Shown in pieces: positions 51,756 through 64,000 of a DNA stretch of 64,000 nt; the first letter of the stretch is position 1, and every line of letters starts with the position of its first letter. The notes beneath the pieces were generated by a model. It searched no databases and had not been told where the DNA came from. It saw only the letters and a program-made list of their open reading frames with translations. Source of the stretch: Raillietiella orientalis (taxonomy: Eukaryota); assembly GCA_036172245.1 (NCBI GenBank), contig JAYWIR010000032.1, forward strand, positions 1,488,001-1,552,000, written 5' to 3'. Made by a program: the position numbers and the translations under genes.

Positions 51756-54700
51756 TTAATCACTGAGTCCTACACCAGCCTGAAGAACCAGATCTCTCTC
51801 CAGGATGGGCACCCGCAAGCAATTCAGACAAGAGAACCAACAAGGAGGATCAACTTCCATCCAGCAGCCAGGCAGGTACTACGATTAGCAACTTCGACGT
51901 GCAGACCCGGAGGCTGGCAACCCTGTGGATGAGCTCAAAAATCGTCTCGAGCGGCGTTGCATGGGACTACTCGGGCAAGCCACTGGCATAGACTGTCCCT
52001 GCTCGCAGGCCCTTTCCAGATTCGACGGAACACCCATGAGACTCAACTTGCTACGAGAACGTAGGACTTTCCCTTCTGGATGACGAAGCGAACCGCGACT
52101 GAACCGAAAAGGTCAGCACGAGGCCTGCCATGGGGATCAGCAGTGGCGCAGCGCCAGCAGACCCAAGACCTTCGCGGACAGTGCAAGCAAGCTAAGCAGG
52201 GACCCCTTCAACTCCCTTCCAAGTTGAACTTCGCAGTCCTACGATAGCAACGACGATTCCGCTGACAGCCATGCTCCTGACAATCTGGCTGGGCATAGCC
52301 TCCGGCAATCCGAACGTGGAAGCGACGAGCAGCCGTGCACCCCGCAGCCACCCATTACTCCGGCATGCTTCCGGGTGCGCAAGGGCGAACTTCGTCCCAC
52401 AAAAAGGTGCGCGTAATGCGTATTCAAAGGGCAGGACGAAGATCATCATCACGTGCAGCTCACTGAGATGCTTGGGGGCTGCGCGAGGGCAGATTCGGTA
52501 GCAAGGAATCCCCTTCGCTCCTTTACTCTTTGCAGCCCGCTACAGAAGAGACACGCGGAAGCTGATTCCGATAGAGAGATGCCCGAAATCTGCCAAGCCA
52601 CCTCCGTTTGACAAGGAGCATGAGGAGCGGTCCTTCGGCGAGCATCCACGATGCCACCGGGTTTTCCAGTGACCGCTCCAGTCGTCAGCTTCAACCCAGA
52701 TTTTTGCCCCGAAGATCCCAGCGAAAGGACAGGGCTCGAGCGCGACCCTGCGAACGTGCGAAGGGGTGGATGGATCTTCCGTCCTGCAGCAAACGCAGGT
52801 GGTGGCCGAGGAGCACTCAGCTATCGAATCAGTCGCACCGGGTTGCCACGGCGCGTACCTACTCGGGGCGCGTCCGCCCTCCGAGCACAGGAAAAGTAGG
52901 CAGCAGCGCTCCACTCGAGAGTTGGCAGACGCTGGAGCCCTCCGCTGCCGAGCCAGTGCTTTAAGGGCGTTCCGAATGTAGCCTCCACCGCTGCAGGAAC
53001 GCGCCCCCTTTTCGTAAGGCTTGAGTTCGCAGGCAACTCTCAGTTCGTAATGACGAAATCAATGGCGCCAGCACAAACTGGGTCCTTCAACACCCTCGCC
53101 AAAATTGAAGCTGGGCGATGCCTGCAGCATGCGGTGCACCGGGACAGAAGCGACCCCTCAGCTTTGCGACAACCCTGACGGCACCTGACGGGTTCCTCCA
53201 GTGGAGTCACGTTTCATCATAGCGCCACCATCGTTCCTGCCAAGAAGGTCCTCTGCGCATCTGCTGCAAAGGTGGGAGATTTCCGGGATTCTGAAATTCT
53301 GCAATCGCCTGCCTGGTTTCTTGGAGGCACGGCCCTCTGTAGCTTCAAGCGCTTGGAGGGCGCAGAAGACGGCCGTTGCTTTGTTGGGCGGGGGGCGCCA
53401 TTCCCTTCTACCGTTCACCCTGACAACATGAGCCTTCCGCTCCGGCGCCCGTTTTGCCATCCACGCCATATTCACTTGAAAGAGCTGCTGGCAGCGGACA
53501 CGTCTTCTGCAGTTGAAGCCATGTACCCGCAAGCGAAGGAAATGCGCGCCTTTTCACCTGCCGCGCACTGCGGGCGTCGCCGTCCGTGACCGCCCCTTCG
53601 GTTGCCGATTCGACGCATCTCCGGGAGAGACCGCCACCTGAAATCGCGGAAAACGCCCGACCAGAGCCGCCAACTGCTGCTCGCGCGGTTCTGTTCTTCA
53701 GCACGAGAACTGGGATCCCCCGTCTCCTGTCGAAGGAAGCGCCTATCACGGAACAGCCTCCTGCTGTTCTTTCTGGAGGGGTCAGATTTCCGCCACCCCA
53801 CCTGCCGAAGAGCTCACAGCAAGCGACGGAGAAGAGCTACCACCCGCGCATCTGCCCCTCCCGCGTTCGTCACCATCTCTACGCCGGACGCCCGTTCCCC
53901 TCAGCGAAGCAGCGACGGCGCGAAGGGAGCGGCCCGAAAGGGCACCCAAACCAGAAAATTCCTCGTCCTTGCCTAGCGGATGCCTAGCTGGTGTCTATCG
54001 ACGTTCTCGCCTCGGGAGCTCGGCGTTCATTCCATCCGTGTCTGCTGTCCGGTGATTTTGGTCCCGCATCTCTCTCATGGCAGCTTCATTCTTCGGAACA
54101 TGTCCACTCAAGGACGACCAGACTCCAGCGTGGATGTCTTCCGACGCTCCGTCGTGTCTGAAAGGCGTCGTCGCTCACGGGCCCGCGGCGCGCCTTACTC
54201 TATGCGCTGCGGCAGGCGCGGTAAGCGCTGTCAGTCTGTTTGCGGGTTCTCCCGGCATTCCCGTTGGGTTCCTTCGGCCGTCTTGCGCACCCCTCGAAGC
54301 TGCGTGCGATCGCGAAGGTTCAGCACGCCCTATGCGCTCGCATGCACGATACCCGCGGGCAGCCTCCTCGCGTCCGCGGAGATCTCGAACCGATCCGTCT
54401 CGGGAGGGTGCATGCGGCACGCACGCGCACAGATTCCGTCCACGATGAGCGCGGTCACTTCCCGACAGTCGACAAGAAGGAAAAGAAATGTAAATACACG
54501 TAAAGAAATGTGGAGATGAAGAAGAAAGCCTTGACGCCGCCAGCATGGCGCTGGAGAAGATCACGCGGGGCTATCCTTCTGTTTGGATCCTGCAAGCAGC
54601 CACTTTATGGAACCGTTTGGACTCCAATCGGTGGTCTGTGTTCGACTTCTCCGAGGTGAAACTGCAAACGCTCCTGGAACGCAAGAGGGTACGCCGGTCG

Positions 54701-55786
54701 TATTGCTGGCGTTTGCAGGGATGGTGGTAGAAACAGTGGCTTCCATCGGCGACCAGAATGATGACCAGCCGATGGACCAGAGGTGGAGTAACCGCGACAC
54801 CCTACAAAAGGATGGTGACTGCAACGGCCGTGCTCCTGCAAAGGAGGATTCCGATGCAGATTTGTCCTCGACCCTTTGACAAGCATGCAAATGAACATTT
54901 TGGAAATTGCTTGCCCTCGACGATAGCCGTCCGTGCCTTGCCGCGCTGAAGAGTGGAGGCTCCATTCTGTCTCCTGAGGCAGCAATCGGATGCAGCGATT
55001 CCGGAATCGGTGGGAGTCTCCGTGTCGCGGCTGCTGCTTCGGGCAGCAGCTCCGGCTGGCGGCAGGTTCCGTGGATCATTCAAGGTCGCGTAGGGTTGGA
55101 TGCAAGCGCCCTCGCTCCGATTCAGCTCCTGCTCGAGGAGAAAGGTAAAGTCAGCGCAGCTGGGAGGGACGAAGAAATCCTCGCCCGGTCCGTTTCTTTG
55201 CTTGCGACGAAGAGGAAATGCGGATGGTGCGTGTTCTGGGAGGCTCGGAGCAGGATTTGGGCAGATTTTCCGGTCCATGAGCACTCGCCATGTCTCTTCG
55301 TTCCGCCTCCCATTTGAGTGGCCATCCGGAATTTCGCGCTGCGGTCGTCGACGTCGCAAAGGTCCCCGGATGTAAGCTGACGAACGGGGATGGTAAAAGG
55401 CCGGGAGCGGACCTCTCGATCGCCTGCCAACCCAACTGTCGGGGTCACGGGGTTGCAAGTGGTGGTGGCGTTCCCCACGTAGACCACTCGCGGAAAACGA
55501 CGCCGCGAGAGGTGTTGTAGGCAGTGCGACAGCCGTCGAAACTGCGCAGCTTTGTCCGACGAAAGGCGCAGCGCTAGCGCGTGCTGACGTGCATTCGATT
55601 CCCCGGATAAAAGGGGAAAGCAGTGGCTGGTGGCAGTCTTTTGGCGTGTGGATATAAATATTTTGCATTTTCCACGAATGTTGGATGAATTTCAATGCGT
55701 GCTGTCGCAAAATGAAAGTGCCCGAGTAGGTGAGTATTCGCTGGATGCAATTAAAATAAAGAGAAGTACAAAAGAGTAAAAGGGGG

Positions 55787-58438
55787 ATGTTGGAATTCCT
55801 TGGCGTGGACTGTGCGAATTTATTGGAAGAACTCTCTGAGAAGAAATACGATCCTAGCGACGGGTTCCATTTTCTCGGCAAGAATGCTGCTGTGTACCAA
55901 GAAGAGTCTCCTCTCAAATCCGCAGTTTCGCTTCATGCGACCGTCGTCAGTGGTGATGAGGAGGCAGTGGAGACGCTCCTCAAGCAAGGTGCGGAGTGTT
56001 CCTCTCGCGATGACTACGGAAGCACCCCGCTGCACCTCGCCGCAGAGCAGATGAACAATCACATCGCTGTATTGCTTCTACGCGGCGGTGCAGACGTTGA
56101 TGCTTTGGATGCGAGGGGGATGGCAGCCCTGCATATCGCTACCGAGAATGGGTCTTTAAGTATGGTGAATGAGCTCCTGAGCCATCACGCCAACGTGAAC
56201 TCTGCAATCTCCATGCGAAATAACGCGTCTTTTGGCCTCGCATCTGGCACTGGGAAGGAGGGAATCCCAAATCGTGATCGACCTTGTGGTGGAGAGGTGT
56301 GCCCTAGTACAGCAGCTCAACGGTATGTTCTTGAGGAAGGGGAACAGTCTCTTGCAAAAATCCCTGCTGAATGCAGGGTGGTCGTTTCCTTTCAGTACGT
56401 GAATGACACGACTGCGCTCCACATCGCTTGCTGCAAAGGTGACCAGAAACTGGTAAAGCTCCTCCTGGATTACGATGCTGATGTGAATGCGAAGGACGAG
56501 GTTGGCACAACCTGCCTCATGTTGGCCACTGATTTCGAGAGGACTCATATAATGAAACTGCTCTTGGATTCCAAAGCCCAAGTAAATGCTACGGACGAGA
56601 CTGGAGCGACTGCTCTCCACGTCGCTTCACGGAAAGCAAACAAGAAAGTGGTCAAGCTGCTTTTGGATCACTCGGCTGATATAAGTGCACAGGATGGTGA
56701 TGGAAGAACCGCACTTCAGGAAGCTGTGAGGTACGAGAACTTTGAAGTCGTCAAGCTTGTCCTGAAGCACATTGTCGACGTGAATCATAAAGACCAAAGA
56801 GGAATTACTGCTCTCCACATTGCATCCGCGGGATCGGATATTGCAATCGTAGAGTTGCTTCTGAAGTTCAAGGCGAATGTGAACGTAGAAGACAACAGTG
56901 CAAGAACCTGTCTTCACTTAGCTTGCATGAATCAAAGGGCGTCGACAGTGAAGATGCTTTTAGATCACGAAGCCAATGTCAACGCGAAGAGGAAGGACGG
57001 TGCGACTGCGCTTCATATCGCTTGCAGAAAATCGAACATCGCAATAGTAAATCTCCTCTTGGAAGCCAAAGCAGACGTGAGTGAGACAGATGACAGCGGT
57101 GAAACCCCTCTTCACAAAGCTGTTGCCTTCGATGAAGCGGAGATAACGAAAAGTCTATTGGAGCAGAACGCTGGAGTCAACGCAAAGCGGAAGGACGGAA
57201 GAACAGCGCTTCACATCGCATCCATTCAGTCATGTGAAACAATAGTGAAGCTCCTTTTAAGATTTCACGGAAACGTGAACGCGGTAGACATTAATGGAGC
57301 GACCCCGCTCCAGGCGGCCGCATCCGTGGACCGAACAAGAATAGCAAAACTTCTGCTGGATTGCGGCGCTGACGTGGACCACCATGCGAACAACGGGGCG
57401 ACTGCCCTGCACATTGCGACCTCGCAAGGAAGCGATGAATTAGTGAAGCTTCTCTTGGATTACAATGCAAACGCACAAGCCAAATTGGGGAATGGAAAAA
57501 CCTCTCTTCACATCGCTTCCGAAGGGTCGAACATCGATGTGGTCAGGGTTCTCCTGGATAGCCACGCTGATGTGAATGCCATAGACGATTCTGGAGCTAC
57601 TGCGCTTCACGTGGCTTCGGAAAAGTCGAATGAGGAAGTCGTCAAGCTACTCTTGCATCACGGAGCCGATGTGGATGCACAGGACGTGGAAGGGACGAGC
57701 CCCCTTCACGTGGCTGCCAGATACAGTAACCTTGGAATCGTTAAGCTCCTTTTGGATTCCCATGCTGACATCAGTATTAGGCACAAGCACAAAGAAACAA
57801 CTGCGCTCCATATTGCATCCGCAGGATCAGACCTTGAAATCGTGGAGCTGTTGCTGCAGCGCAATGCCGATGTGAACGCAAAGGACAAGGCCGGAAGAAC
57901 GTCCCTCCACGTAGCCTGCATGAATCAAAGGTTGCCCATAGTGAAGGCGCTCCTGGATCACAACGCTGATGTCAACGCCAGGAGGAAGGATGGTGCGACC
58001 GCTCTTCACAATGCTTCCAGGAAATCAAGCCACGAAATTCTGAGGCTCCTTCTGGACTACAAAGCAAACGTGAACGCGAGAGATGACAACGGAGAGACCC
58101 CTCTTCTGAAGGCTGCAGCTTTCGCCAGAACGGAGATAGCTAAACTTCTTCTGGAGTGCAACGCGGAAATCAACGCGAAAAGGAAGGACGGAAAGACGGC
58201 GCTTCACATTGCATCGAGGAAGTCAAATGAACACGTAGTGAGGCTGTTCATGGATTATGGAGCGGACGTCAATGCGAAAGACGACGGGGGAGTGACCCCC
58301 ATTCAAGAGGCTGCCTCTGTTGGTAGCACCGTGGTAACAACAACTCTGCTGGAATACAGGCGCATAGTCAGCACAAGGAGACGAGGCGGAGCGACTGCAC
58401 CTCACGTTGTGACAGAATTCCAAACTTGGCAATGGTGA
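55787..58438 (+). CDS. Ankyrin repeat protein, 883 aa, ~23 repeats, single ORF
   Basis: Regular G-T-A/P-L-H-x-A...V-x-L-L-L...A-D-V-N-A 33-aa units; no other recognisable domain. Confidence 0.93.
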   Translation: MLEFLGVDCANLLEELSEKKYDPSDGFHFLGKNAAVYQEESPLKSAVSLHATVVSGDEEAVETLLKQGAECSSRDDYGSTPLHLAAEQMNNHIAVLLLRGGADVDALDARGMAALHIATENGSLSMVNELLSHHANVNSAISMRNNASFGLASGTGKEGIPNRDRPCGGEVCPSTAAQRYVLEEGEQSLAKIPAECRVVVSFQYVNDTTALHIACCKGDQKLVKLLLDYDADVNAKDEVGTTCLMLATDFERTHIMKLLLDSKAQVNATDETGATALHVASRKANKKVVKLLLDHSADISAQDGDGRTALQEAVRYENFEVVKLVLKHIVDVNHKDQRGITALHIASAGSDIAIVELLLKFKANVNVEDNSARTCLHLACMNQRASTVKMLLDHEANVNAKRKDGATALHIACRKSNIAIVNLLLEAKADVSETDDSGETPLHKAVAFDEAEITKSLLEQNAGVNAKRKDGRTALHIASIQSCETIVKLLLRFHGNVNAVDINGATPLQAAASVDRTRIAKLLLDCGADVDHHANNGATALHIATSQGSDELVKLLLDYNANAQAKLGNGKTSLHIASEGSNIDVVRVLLDSHADVNAIDDSGATALHVASEKSNEEVVKLLLHHGADVDAQDVEGTSPLHVAARYSNLGIVKLLLDSHADISIRHKHKETTALHIASAGSDLEIVELLLQRNADVNAKDKAGRTSLHVACMNQRLPIVKALLDHNADVNARRKDGATALHNASRKSSHEILRLLLDYKANVNARDDNGETPLLKAAAFARTEIAKLLLECNAEINAKRKDGKTALHIASRKSNEHVVRLFMDYGADVNAKDDGGVTPIQEAASVGSTVVTTTLLEYRRIVSTRRRGGATAPHVVTEFQTWQW

Positions 58439-59146
58439 ATCTCCTTTTGGATCACAACGCCGATGTTAATGAGGGGAAAGTGCAAGGAACAAGCTGCATG
58501 AACTTAGCAGTGATTTGTGGGAGTGTTGGGGTGGTGCAACCAATCGAGTCCCAAATAGAGATTCATGACTAGTGATGCAAGGACCGCATTCCCTGTTGCT
58601 TCCGCGGAATCTACCAGTGTAATAGGTCCAGGCTCTTTGAATTCCGATAGAATATCAGAGATGGATGGAAAATCGCTGCATCCCTATTGAGGTGGCCATG
58701 CAACACGAAGGCGCTGAGATTAAAAGACGCTTCCAGAGTTGCAATGTTAACCTCATTGTCCAGGATATCAAGGAAGGCTTACATCGCGGGTTCATTGCCT
58801 GGAAACGAAACTCGCGTGCATCGTCGGTAAATCTCGAAGCAGCTTTCCAGCCAACACTAGCTAAACCTCAAAACAAATGCCATTCCTTCTTTTAATTTGA
58901 AGCTGTGCCAAAAGGTACAGCTTCCGGACCAGCTTCTAGTCTTGCCTCATCACTTCTCAGGAGGCTGAAAACAACAAAATACTAGCACATTCAAGTCTTA
59001 TCGCAACGACACTGTTTCCGAGTTCCCATGGACCATGATTTTAGCAGCTACTTTGCAAAAACTAGGTTCACTAACCACTCTTAAAGAAGACATAAATCAC
59101 AAAAAACAAAAAAAAAACGCGTGAGTTAAGCACAACCGCTCCTGGT

Positions 59147-59249
59147 GAAAGAACCACGTTCTAGAAATTCAACTCTAGAAATTGAGAGTTCCAGAGTTCA
59201 ATAGAACTTGAGAGTTCTAACAATCCAATTTCTAGAACGTGGTTCTTTC
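59147..59249. repeat. 103-bp fold-back element with perfect 23-bp terminal inverted repeats
   Basis: gaaagaaccacgttctagaaatt ... aatttctagaacgtggttctttc. Confidence 0.85.
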
Positions 59250-59329
59250 TTCTTCGAAAGTCCCCATGCCTTATGGATAATAGGGAGTTCCGTTAAAATC
59301 TTGGGGACATTACTCTGCTCGAATTTCTA

Positions 59330-59980
59330 TCACTGATGGTCACCTCTCCGTTGACAGCAAACTGCCAAAAGCATGGTGAGATTCCCCTTGCAGGATTCAG
59401 TCAAGGAGACGTTCGATGTGCGCATACGCGTCCTTTCCATCCGAACAGACTGAAAAATCTTCAAAGCCATCATTCCTCTCCGGAGAAGCGCCATCTCCTC
59501 CAGCCGGAAGATACCCCGACCGAACTGCTGTGACGCTCCTTCTCGCAACGGGGATCTCTCGCCTGCCTCCGTAATGGCGGCGTTTCATCCGCAAGATCTT
59601 CACGGTCCACTGCTTCCTGAAGCTGCAGAGACGGCTTTGGTGAAGCCACGCATCCTCCTTGATGAGGAAGACACGCAGGTAGCTCGATCTGAAAATAAAA
59701 GTCAGCAGCGATCACAGCATTATCTTCAGTCACTATTGGAATCCTGGTGATCCCATATCCACCGTCCTCCATGATTTCTTTATTTGTGAGTCCTCCCTTC
59801 CCCACCAATACTCCGAGCTGCCTCCAAAGCTGACCTGCGAGTCGGCAAGCCGTCCTAACTTGAGGTTTTTTCTATTTCTTTTTTTACCCATGACTTGCAA
59901 GAAACCACTACATCCCTGGTTTAATGAAATTTTGTTTATTTTTTTTTAATTAACGCTTCGGCGTAACCAGGTGAGATGCC
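59330..59980 (+). mobile_element. LINE derivative: possible decayed APE C-terminus joined directly to the structured 3' UTR
   Basis: GDVRC (GDFN-like) and VSSDHSIIF (59701-59727), then UTR with hairpins at 59829-59846 and 59954-59973. Confidence 0.55.
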
Positions 59981-62125
59981 TTCTCCCATGGGCGGGGGGA
60001 ACGAAAGTGTCTCTCCATCCCTAGCCTTTAGAGCGGTGATTGCTGACATTCCTGCCAGTTTCAGTTGCTGGAATTTGTTCCGCAACCTCTCTGCAAATCC
60101 TCTTCTCTTGCAAGTGCAGTTAGAGTTAGCAATGTTGGTGATCCCTTAGATCTTTTCATGGAACTTACGCTGTTGTCGTTCAGACGCTTATCCTAATCGC
60201 AGATCGATTCCCAAACTGGACCATCATTTCTGTCGAAACGATGACTTTATAATTGGGAAAGTTTGTTCCACGCCACATCTCTTTGAGATTTGGATCCATC
60301 CTTACACTTTCTTCAGCACGAAATGCTATTCCTGTTGCATGGGACTTGGGAATGAGTGCTCAGGTCACGATCCTCGTTCTCCTACTTCATCGGAAATTCA
60401 CCACAGCAGTTTCGAAAGAGCATCTCCATTTGATCGCCACAGTGCTAGAGTCAAGAAGAGCTGGACAGCTTAGTAGCCGGTCCCGGGTTGGCGCTGCGGA
60501 AGAGCTGAAACCATTTCGTCGATGCAGTGCGGACACCCTGCCGCACATCGCCAGCAAAGCATGTTTCCGGAAGATCTGGCCCTTCTTCGTCTCAGTCATC
60601 GCGTCTGCGCAGGAACAAGCAGTCCAGTGCTGCTTTTCCGGATTGGCATTGCCATGCTCAGAGGGGCGAAGTGCTTTTGCAATTCAGAACTCCAAGTTCT
60701 CAAGGAAGTATTTCCCACCACAACGAAGTTGGTTGTACTGCGACCACGGACTACTCTCATTGAGTGTTTTGTCCCATTCTTTGTTCCCACAAAAGAAGTT
60801 TTTGGATTTCCTGCGATCACACGACAGAACTGTCCTCGCAATCACGAACCTCCAGGAAAGGCTTCCGCTTTAGTAGCTCCGGGGTACATTCAAAGATGGG
60901 GCTGTTACCAGGGTCCCGCACTTAGCAGAGGCAGGTGGGTTACCATCGATCACAACACTCCATTCACCACTCCCACAACAACTTGCATCCCCACAGTAAA
61001 AAGTAACAATTTCTGCTGCATGCGATGCACGCTACATTCTGATCGGCTCTGCTGATGTAATGCCTTCTGGAAAAGACTTTGCTCGTTCATCGTCAAAAAT
61101 CAAACATGCAGGTGGATACGTAGAAAGAAAGTTCCTCCGAGTTCCCAGGTCACCAGCCAAACTGCATCCGTAGCTCTCTTCAATGGAAAATGATTGAAAG
61201 TCCTCTTTTTTTCTAAGTGGTTCACATGAGATGGGCTGATGAAGAGGATATTTCCGCCACCCGGTCCAGAAATCTTTCTTTCAAAAACTCTAAAACTGCA
61301 AATGGTACCGATTCATACATTTCGGAGTTCGTACACACCGTTTGCTAGTAGCACGAAGACACGAAAGCAATAGCTATCCTTGATGACCTGAGAAGTCCAT
61401 CAGTCGAAACATCGCTGCAATGGAAGCTGAACAGCAATGAAGACTCCTATCGCATCTTGTGAAAAGAACCCTCCAAGAAGGTTAAGTACGATTTCATATG
61501 GCGCACAGGAGAAGAAATAAATGATTTTAAACACAGCCGTTATAGAATAGGTCTTCCAGTGAATACAGCTATCTGAGCTTCCATTACACAGTGCGCACAG
61601 GTTCATCAAGAACGAAAGGAAGCGCTTTTCCAATCCAGCCATCGCCTCTCTGGGCTGAGGCAACCGAGAAGCTTTACCTGTACATACAAATTTCGCAGTG
61701 TTTCTATGATTTCATGATCTTAGAAGTAGCACGGTTCGTCCTGTACGATGCTGTTTTCTCTTTTCTGATCCATTTCCCAAATGTTCCCGTCTTTGCTACT
61801 CTGAAAACGGAGGTCTCTCAGACGAAGCCGCTCCGAAATTCCCAACGAAGTCGGCATCGTCTCAGCACGCGTTCCCCTCGGCAAATGAAATCACATCACA
61901 TCAGGAATGCCTCCTGAAACGGCTCTCCTCCTGTGGGGGAAGGCCCTATTGGGAACGGCACGCCTCGAGGAGTTGGAGGAGCCACGCGGATCGGCACCCG
62001 CGCAAGAGAGCCACACTCGCAGGGAAATGTTCGCTTGTCATGCGAACAGCGGATTGAGTGTTGCCGCGAACGTCATGGGACTGACTGACCATCTGAGGCA
62101 GCAAACAAAAACACCTGCGAGCGTT

Positions 62126-62137
62126 CAGCATATAACC
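62126..62137 (+). promoter_or_regulatory. Possible TATA-like box of paralog B (mirrored near 38055-38062 for paralog A)
   Basis: catataa about 75 nt upstream of the ATG at 62205. Confidence 0.35.
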
Positions 62138-62204
62138 CACACGTCCCGTACATCCGGCCGAACACCGATTCCTGAAACGCGTCTTCGACTGGTTCAGCAT
62201 CGAG

Positions 62205-63686
62205 ATGTTTTTGGCCTTGGTGCTGCTCGTGGTGGCTGCTGAAGGTGAGTACGGAGAACGCTCAACCCACCCTCTTCCTCTCCTTCGCGTCGCTCACCGC
62301 ACTTCCCCGTGAAACACGAAATGCTCCCCTGATGCTCAGATTTCTTCCTCTGATGCTTCGGACGGACGTAGGAGGAAGAGGGGCGAACTGTACTGTAAGA
62401 TGCTGCCGCTTGGCTCGCGGTCTTGAAATGCGCGCTCACTCGTTGCCAAAAGAAGTGCCGAATTTCATCCTCTTGTAACTCTCATCCATGTTGTTTAGCC
62501 CCATTCAGTGACGGACGTTCCAATGGAGAAACACAGCTCCCTGAAATTTCCTTTCTGGGAGAGCTCAAACCCAGGAGTTCTGAAAGTCAAGTGCAGAAAG
62601 TGCTAGGATCCTTGGACAAAGTGTCTCCAGAGTGCAATCTCCAACAAATAGCTCGAAATTTAACGGATAACTACGAAAAACTGAAGGGATATGTGGAAAA
62701 ACTTGTAAAAGATCTATTAAATCTTCAATTCTCCCTATTTCTCGAAACATTATTGCTAATTTGGACGTGAGTATCCACATTCAAATGATGGCCCGCGATT
62801 GCTGTATGAGTGTGTTTGGCGGCGTCCATGCAAGAGGACCGCTCGTTTTGGATGTCGTTTGAGTAGTTACCGGCTGAGCGAACACGACTGTGTTGTGGTT
62901 GCGGAGTTTGCCTGCTGGCAAGGGATGGACTAGAGGATGGTGTGTCTTAGACTAACCTGAGAACCGCGTTCATTTGCCGGGCGAGTGCTGCGCAGGGGAG
63001 CAGACGACTGGGTGGTGCTCAAAGCCGAGTGGCTCGTGCAAGTGCAGACGTTCCTTCAGCGCATGCGTGAAGCAATCTGCGAGCGGCACTGCCAGGTCGT
63101 ACGGCTGTGTGGCTCAAGCGCCTCTCGTGAGACGTTGCATCCGCACCACGGAGCCACAAAATCCGCTTGGCGGATGGGAGGACGACCTGCGGAAGTCGTC
63201 GTGCGCAAGGCACCGTAAGATCTTTCCGAAAACAGTTGCCGCACCATCTGTCTAGCGGAAATGTGTCAGTGCCTCCTGACACTATTGCGAAGGCAGGACC
63301 TCGCTTTTCGTAGAAGTGTCAGCTCCGGGAAGGAAAAACGGGGAGTTTGACATGGAAACCTCTAAGGAGAACGAATCTGTACTTATCAAAGTACAATTTG
63401 TGCAACCTTCGTCGGTCGCGGGCTGCAGTCTCGCAGCTAGCGGGAACGAATGAGGTGGCGCACGTGCGTGCGCGTGTAACTGCAAAAGTTCGTGTGTACT
63501 CGAAATGTTTGACGCCACTACAACTGTTGATTTCTGCTTCCTTTCAGAACTCTTTTGGTACTGTTCAATCTCCTCCTTTTGCTACTCCTGGCCCTCTTTT
63601 GCATCCTATTGGAGTTATTGAAGAACCCATTAAAACTGACGCATCTCGCCCAACCACTTTTGCAACTGCTTGCAGCATTCACTTGA
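62205..63686 (+). CDS. Small secreted or single-pass Leu-rich protein, paralog B (148 aa, 3 exons: 62205-62244, 62499-62766, 63548-63686)
   Basis: MFLALVLLVVAAEAPFSDG...VSPECNLQQIARNLTD...TTLLVLFNLLLLLLLALFCILLELLKNPLKLTHLAQPLLQLLAAFT*; GT-AG sites with the same phases as paralog A. Confidence 0.8.
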
Positions 63687-64000
63687 CAGAAGCTGCGGCT
63701 CTTCAAGTCAAGAGATGAAGGGAGATCATGTAGCACCGTTTCGAATATGTGAAAGAGTGCTGACAATCAATGAAAATGCAATCCTATATATTTGGTTTTG
63801 GGGGCGTCACTATTGGAAGGACCCTGGGACGTTTCTCTTGGGGAGTTGATCTCTGAGGGAAGCTGACAAAAAAAAAAAAAGGCAAGAGTTGGCATCAGCT
63901 ATGAGACAGGAAACAGGAGCGGGCCGAGCTGATCAGTTTCAATAACTATGCACGCGGATCTCCGGACGTAGACGACCGTCCCTTGAGAAAACCAAAGGAA

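Noticed and set aside
51780..55500. Genes in this GC-moderate stretch
   Set aside because: Only short ORFs without recognisable motifs; probably old repeat debris, but I could not assign it.
56323..56395. Intron explaining the ankyrin insert
   Set aside because: The GT-AG pair spans 73 nt and would break the frame, and the ORF is open without splicing.

Overview
Eukaryotic, probably invertebrate/arthropod, genomic DNA (GT-AG introns, mariner and non-LTR debris; the organism cannot be named from sequence alone). The window is mostly nested, decayed L1/Tx1-like non-LTR retrotransposon fragments, mariner fragments and AT-rich TIR elements. Host-type genes: (i) an intron-containing HAUS6/Dgt6-like gene (43371-45819, +); (ii) a single-ORF ~23-repeat ankyrin protein (55787-58438, +); (iii) two paralogous 3-exon genes for small, Leu-rich, signal-peptide proteins I do not recognise (36365-37985 -, 62205-63686 +), which share a seemingly identical 402-bp promoter/signal-exon tract but have very divergent mature regions; (iv) a GC-rich intronless ZDHHC-like gene with EHHC instead of DHHC and a frameshift, present twice because of an ~8.8-kb inverted duplication (7620-16434 vs 20502-29308). 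The most unusual signals are a covarying three-hairpin RNA structure at the 3' end of at least six divergent LINE copies, the converted secreted-protein pair, and the reconstructable fold-back rearrangement (which may be an amplification/assembly artefact). All alignments and folds were done by eye; coordinates of decayed elements are approximate.
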